NCBI GenBank assembly: GCA_011109175.1
Contig: RDEW01000015.1
Coordinates: forward strand, 1,181,481 to 1,245,480
Origin: Dicyema japonicum
Taxonomy: Eukaryota; Animalia; Dicyemida
Direction of reading: 5' to 3'
Length of the DNA: 64,000 bases
Shown: positions 58,000 to 64,000 of the stretch, piece by piece
Layout of the letters: each line of letters opens with the position of its first letter
Position numbering within the stretch: the stretch's first letter is position 1
Translations under genes and position numbers: made by a program
Notes under the pieces: model-generated
Database searches by the model: none
Told to the model about the DNA's origin: nothing
The model's input: only the letters and a program-made list of their open reading frames with translations

Positions 58000-58885
58000 C
58001 TAATTATTTTTGATAATTCTTTTAATTTCTTAAGTGGACGATGAGGGAAAGTGTGCGTCTGAAATAAGAGATTCAGATCGAGATTGTTACACAATGATGT
58101 ACCCCAGGGATCTCCTTTGTCATCAATACTCTTTAATTTGTTTCTGAATGATCTCCCCGTTCCTATGAATAATAATAACATGCTACTTTCCTATGCCAAT
58201 GACATAGCTGTCGCATCTATGGACGTAAATGTCGAACATGCTAAAGAAAGACTACAAGGAATACTAAATAACATATATGGATGGTTGTGCGAAAATCGAT
58301 TAAGTGCATGTTCCGGAAAGTCAGCAGTCACTCTATTCACTAAGAATAGAAAGATGGGAACGCAAACAATTGATGTCACGTTAAATGAAATACCTCTACC
58401 ACAAAAGAAATCGCAGAAGATACTGGGAGTAACTTTTGATACTTTCCTCTTCTTCTCAGCCCATGTGGAATCCATAATATCAACCTGTGCAAAGAAGATC
58501 AATTTTATAAAGCCTTCCTTTGGAATTGTGGTGGAATTTATCCGCCAGGTGTCGGGACCCTCTATAAGCAGTATATCGAGCCAACAATAGGCTATGCATG
58601 TGCTACGTGGGAATTTAACCTTGCGGCAACGAACCTAATAAAAATTCAAGAGATCCAGTCAAAACAATAAATTTACTGGAGAAATATACGGATAAAGAAA
58701 TTGCCCCCAGAACACTTGAGTCTATCTTGGAGGCAATTTCAGAAGAGGTGTGAAAAAAGACCCCCGTCCGTATAGAAAATGTGAGGGGTCACGGTCGGAG
58801 CATCGAGAAAAAATGGCCCGATTATTGAGATGCCGGGACCACATGAATAATTATTTAGTGATTAAGACGGTTTCTTTGGTTAAAT
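58000..58885 (+). mobile_element. LINE family I, RT and 3' end
   Basis: DVPQGSPLSSILFNLF, LSYANDIA, KILGVTFD; ends ggg acc aca tga followed by ggtttc and ggttaaataataa. Confidence 0.8.
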
Positions 58886-58929
58886 AATAATAAAAAATAA
58901 TTAATTTGGATATCCATTTCATCTCGGAA

Positions 58930-59200
58930 ATCAATCTGTGTTAGCCTCATCCATACCGTTGTGACTGCAAAGGACTTCACCGCTCTCTTGCCATCTCAGC
59001 AGTGGCCGGTTTCTCGAGGCATGCCGGGTTGTGAAGACCTGTCTTGAGGCGGATGGATTTCAGTCATCTTTGAAACCGGTGGGCCTGGATCTTGGAGATG
59101 GGAAGTGCCCGGACGGGAATAACTGTTTCCCCTTCTCTCGGGGAAATGCTTGATTTGGGATGACCTGCACCGACAGGTGTCGTTGCCATCAGTGATATCT
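58930..59200 (+). mobile_element. CRE-clade RLE fragment
   Basis: GLHRSL, GLDLGDGKCPDG..FPFSRGKCLIWD. Confidence 0.6.
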
Positions 59201-60361
59201 CACTGCTGAATTGATTTGTCTATTGGAACTCCCACGTAACCAAAAAGAAAAGAAGTTAAGAAAATTCTTGATTCCTGGCCCAGATATTTAGAGAACGTGT
59301 ATGTTGATAGAATTATTGTAAGTCCGTTATTGCAACTTTAGTCCGAGGTCAAGATGCTTAAGGTGGATCGATGATATTCTGTAGTGGCCACATGCACGGG
59401 TTGTGCGTAATGGAACAATGGAGTCACCCACCTCAACTGGCTTGAAGAAGGTAATTGGGGTGTGGGTTTTGGATTGCGGTACTCCATCTGTACCGAACGA
59501 TCAAACTCCTTGTGATTTATTACGAACGTAGTGTTTTATTAGTTTATTCACGCTATTGTAAATAACTGAGCTAGAATATAATAAAGCCCCCATTGACTTA
59601 ATTGATTGGGGGTATAATGTTCTTTCCATATAACATTGACGATGATTCTTTTCCACCACAAAAGGTGAACCACACGAGAGTCCAAAGTTATCCTAATAGA
59701 ACGTTTGCTCTGTCTGAGTTTAGGTTTAATAGTAGAAATATTATTGCGCTTCTACAAAAATGGTTTATTGTGAAATGTTTTCTGATCATAAAGAGGCAAA
59801 ACAGAATTCACAGAAATATAAGATTAAGTAATACTCTTGGAGACAAATGACGATATTTAAAAAACTTAGTTTCCCTATAGGAGTGAGAACATTATACAAA
59901 AAAAACTTTGTCGATTATGCATAACTTAAAGAAATTATGCTTAAAACTGCAGATATTGTTGTATAACTCGTTTTTAAATCCACAGCTACAAGGAAGCAAT
60001 TAGGTTGGAACTTTTTCATGAACCGTCTTAGAAAAATAACAAGAATAGGTTAGCCAAGCAGAATTTCGGTTAAAGCAATTTAAAAAAGGAATTGTAAGTC
60101 ATATGGCCTAAAAAATCTTGTCGGAGACTGTTCGGACATATATTTAGGATGGACTAGCCATGGAAAACAATTATGTCTGCCAGGAGAGCCGCATTTGTGA
60201 AGGCCAAAAGTAACTCTACCGATCGTTATTTTATTTGAATAAATAACGATTTTGACGTTCAAAATAACTCTCAAGGCTGTTATTACAAATTAGGTCGGAG
60301 TCTATAATTTTTTTGTATTTGACACTCACTGAGTTTACATTTAGCCTTTGAACATTATAAT

Positions 60362-60845
60362 TATTTTTATTATTATTATTAAAAAGCACTCCCAAGAAAA
60401 CATAAAATTAGTTAATTTTCCCTTTTGCCGTATTCCTAATCATCCTCTCCGTCAGCCCCGACCATGATCCTCTGTTGCGCGCTAGTTCTCTTAGTAGACT
60501 AGTTCGTCCGCCATTTCCATTATAATGTCAGATGCTGCTCATACTATTGTAACACAGCGAATCATATCCTGATGGATTGAAAATCCGAGACCACAATGTC
60601 GGCAGACCGGTGGGAGGGTAAAAAGGTGGAATTTTCCAAACAGTTCTGTAAATTGTACGGTCGTTTTTGTCTCTTGTAGACAGCAGATAGAGAAGTCGTA
60701 TTTTGTTAAATAGCATGCCAGTTGGTGTTTCTTGTAAGGTTGTTAAAGTCCTCTGCAATCAAAAGATCCCATAGTGAACGAAGAAGTCGATAAGGAATAC
60801 GAATAAAGCATAGTGCAATAGAGGGGTCGTCATAACCTCAACCAA
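60362..60845 (-). mobile_element. 5'-truncated copy of the RLE-like element at 16440-16915
   Basis: Clear nucleotide similarity over about 480 nt, including the (TAA)n tail. Confidence 0.75.
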
Positions 60846-61027
60846 TTAGTGCAATAGAGGCGTGCAATAGACATTAATAGATCGAACAATAAAATACATA
60901 ATAAAAAAAACCACATAGTCAATCCATAAAGAAAAGTAGATATTTTAAAAATTGTTTACGAAAATTACTAATTTTTAAATTTTAGTTGATTAATAATTCA
61001 AAATAAATAATTTAAATAATATTACAC

Positions 61028-62544
61028 ATGCTTAGATCGAACTTATTTCTTGGTAGATTTTTCTTACTTTCGTCCGAAATTCCTGGCAAAATCATTATCA
61101 GAATCAAATCTGACAAAATCCAAGTCTTAAAACCAATCAACAAAAAATTTACTCTCAAAGAAGGATGATGATCAATTCGAAGATAACTTAAATGTCTATC
61201 GCGAAAAATCTGAAATGAGAAATTACTTTATTGAAATAATCAAAAGAACACAAAATACTGCCATGAATGCCCATAAGGACCTGTCTCTCAGTGAGATCGA
61301 GAAATATTTCCACCAACTGAAGGCTGAGGGTAACTGTGGATCACATTGCAGAGGAAACCATTGCCAGATATAACAAACAGTATATGAGAGCAGAGAGAAA
61401 TTAGCCAAAATGATGGATACGGATCCCGCCGATTTCACGGACAAAGAGGTCGAGGTATTTGGAGACTAAAATCCAGCGGGCCATCGAATACTTGCTCCAT
61501 CATCTCTCACAGCCAAGGAAGCTCGGCCGACCATCAATGTACTCTTTGGCTTATTTTAGCTTCCAAATAATATTTTAGACAAAATGAAGGTTAACCCACG
61601 TGTTATTTGCAGTTACTAGATTCGACGATAAAGGTCGTCCGTTGAACTTCCTTTTCTACACAGGACATTCCGAATTCTACTCAATAATGCACGTTCTATA
61701 TTTATTTATTCATTTAGGAAATTGCTATACACGTGGACAATTTGAACGAATTATCTGAATCAAAGTCCCCGGATGCAGAAAAATTGTAATTTCCTTATAA
61801 AATTACAGCGACATGACTGACTTTAGATGGCTTACTCCCAATGAAATAAGGAAAATGTTAAGTGACAAAACCTTGACAGACGAAATGGTAAATATGAATG
61901 AAACTTAGGTTTAGTGCATAAATCTCACAAATTCAGTCAAAATTCTCTCAGAGATGGACTATTCTAACAAATGTTGTGACTTTATTAGATCGTTCTGTGA
62001 CAAAATGAAGTCTGTTTCTTACGAGAAAGATATTTCCGAGGTTTTTAGTCTATTCCACCAGATTATGCCGGACGCCGATGGAATTAAATACGTAAAGGCT
62101 GAGGGGTTTAGGAAGAGTGCTAAGGCCAGCGTGATTCTGAAATCACCGGGAACGGGACTTTTAACAGTGAACGGACAGAGCATCCTGTATTTTAAATCTG
62201 TAATCGACCGGTTTTTGTTTTTTTTGTTTAAAGCAAGCCATCAGCTTTTGGGGCCTCTCTGTCTGACCAATATTGTTAATAAAGTGGATATTTCTGGTAA
62301 TGTGAAAAGTGGGGGAAACTCCTCCCAGGCAGGAGCACTAAGATTGGCCATAGCAAGGGCTCTTTCATACATTCTGAGTCCTGAGGACGTTGAGAAGATG
62401 AGACAGGGTTTATATGAGAGTTATTTTAGCCGGATACTTGACACGTGATCCAAGAGTAAAGGAGAGAAAGAAACCTGGGAAGGAAGGAGCCAGGAGAGGA
62501 TACAAATGGTGACCTTGTTTGTTCATTTTAGGCTTAAACGATGA
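61028..62544 (+). CDS. MRPS9: Mitochondrial ribosomal protein S9 (metazoan type with N-terminal extension)
   Basis: [95 protein letters not shown]. Confidence 0.92.
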
Positions 62545-62659
62545 ATTGAATTTTTTTAAATATTTATTAGACATTGTTTTGATTTTTAATCACTTTTTTG
62601 TAATCAAATTTATCCTTATAACTTTAATTCTCTTTTATTTACCTCCGGTTTCTTAAGGC

Positions 62660-62940
62660 AATAAACATCACAGATTGGGAGTAAGTGACTTGGGCGAAAT
62701 GACAGCTCTTTGGATATGTCCTAAGAGCTTCGGAAATGGCATCGACCAATCAGACCATGGAAGCATACTTCTCTATATTATCAAAACAACGTATCGAGGT
62801 CGACAAAGAACTCATGTACATAGGAATGAAGCTAAAATCGGGAGAGGATCTGGATGATCTGAGAGCGGTTGCGAGAAACAGTGGAGGATGGAAACGACTT
62901 CAGCGCATATCCTGAGATGCATGGCAAAAGTGGAATCTCA
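62660..62940 (+). mobile_element. RTE-clade 3' fragment
   Basis: LFGYVLR...KLKSGEDLDDLRAVARNSGGWKRL, homologous to 34850-35100. Confidence 0.6.
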
Positions 62941-62989
62941 AATTAATTAACTTTTTGGTTCCGCGGACATTTCTATTAATAATAATATT

Positions 62990-63870
62990 CCTTCTGGCAA
63001 AGGAAACCGGTTGCTAAAAAGGAAAATAACAGTTAGTTGAATTTGATATGGTAGGGAAATTGATGGTGGACTTGTGACCCGCTTGTATACTCAAATTATC
63101 TTGTGCTTCCACTGGAGCTTTTTGAGTATGACATTCATGTTTCTAACCTATAGACGTAATCTTCACGCTCAAAGAAAGGTGAACTTTTGTGATTTTTCGA
63201 ATATGTATGAGGTCTACAGTATCCTCATTCAAACTGATAAACTAAATCAAATCAGACGGAGAATTACACTTTTGCGTCTCACATTATTACAACGATTCTT
63301 CACCACTCTTCTTTAAGATGAATCTTGAGGAGCCATGACAGCAATTTCCTGTGTTTCTGAATAGAACCAGGAGGCGCGAGCGCAGAAGTTTGGTGATTCT
63401 CTTGATTTCAAGACAAAACAACATGGGTACAAGGGGATCTCCTTGTTGCAATCCGGAATACGAAAAGATTAGGTAGTCCCCGTAAAGTAAGTATGAAGGA
63501 AGACTGTATGCCTGATTAACAAATTCAAAATATTAGGGCATCTCTCAACACACGGCTCCAAGATATTGTCCCTCCTTAGATTATTGAAGGCGTTCTTGAT
63601 GACCAGTTTGACCAGGACATGTCCCCGAATTCTTCTATACTGCGGTTTAGGAATGTCCTCACTGAATGGACAGCGGCCTCGCATCCCAAGTAAATAACTA
63701 CGCCTACTTGAGGGGGTTCAAGAATTTTGTTACGAGTAGAATAGAATGTCTGAAGACAATTTTAATAGCCAGTCTTCTGAAAACAAACCCGACCGCAACT
63801 GGTCGTACACAGTCGCCCTTCTATCGAAGGCTATAAAATTGACGGAGAACAGGACAGCGGCGGATAACTT
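62990..63870 (-). mobile_element. CRE-clade RT fragment
   Basis: VKLVIKNAFNNLRRDNIL, GIATRRSPCT (GVQQGDP-like) region. Confidence 0.6.
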
Positions 63871-63909
63871 CGGAAAAAACTCCAGAGAGGATCCGGTTCA
63901 TAAGTGAAG

Positions 63910-64000
63910 TACAGTCAAACCCCTCTAAACCGATTTCTCTCGTGACCGACAGAATTGTATGGTATAGAGGGGAGGCCGGTATATTGAACAAGTCATTAAA
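63910..64000. mobile_element. Possible pogo/Tigger-like terminal inverted repeat at the window edge
   Basis: TA|CAGTCAAACCCCTC..ACCGA is typical of Tc1/pogo termini; partner end not in window. Confidence 0.3.

Noticed and set aside
59600-60300. Possible gene or transposase remnant
   Set aside because: No recognisable motif and no consistent splice model.
1-64000. Stop-codon reassignment (ciliate-type code) to explain broken ORFs
   Set aside because: Breaks are explained by micro-introns and indels; conserved genes terminate at TAA, TAG and TGA at the expected positions.
1-64000. CRISPR arrays, prokaryotic operons or defence systems, telomeric or spliced-leader arrays, U12-type introns
   Set aside because: No regularly spaced repeats, no prokaryotic gene organisation, no TTAGGG arrays and no GTATCCTT/ATATCCTT donors at defined junctions.

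Overview
Eukaryotic (animal) genomic DNA, AT-rich. Small, compact host genes sit as islands among retrotransposon and DNA-transposon remnants that I estimate cover more than half the window. Host genes recognised after manual splicing: RAD51D-like (-), HFM1/MER3 helicase (+), a PDZ-domain gene (+, apparently hit by a hAT element), a stomatin/SPFH gene (+), an SLC1/EAAT-family transporter (-), two tandem sphingosine-kinase-like genes (-), TRAPPC9 (-), a small C2H2 zinc-finger ORF, COMMD10-like (+) and MRPS9 (+). The introns I could define in these genes are 21-27 nt long. This, plus metazoan-type MRPS9/TRAPPC9/SLC1, suggests a genome-reduced animal parasite; a dicyemid mesozoan fits best and a myxozoan is the main alternative (inference, not verified). 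Conserved genes carry many 1-nt indels at homopolymer runs, most likely assembly error, so exact frames and ends are approximate. Strongest leads: (1) about ten divergent LINE families share a covarying 3' RNA stem that begins in a terminal Gly-Ile-Thr-stop (GGGATCAC...GTGRTYY); (2) an SLC1 transporter has lost its Na+-site residues but kept the substrate residues; (3) a 2A/StopGo-like peptide sits directly ahead of a LINE endonuclease; (4) the sphingosine-kinase pair shows complementary loss of catalytic versus lipid-binding Asp, plus a gene-conversion-like tract; (5) a tRNA-headed SINE group shares a core but has different tails; (6) R4-like RLE retroelements resemble ones I recall from microsporidia. 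No databases were searched; all homology calls come from recognised motifs.
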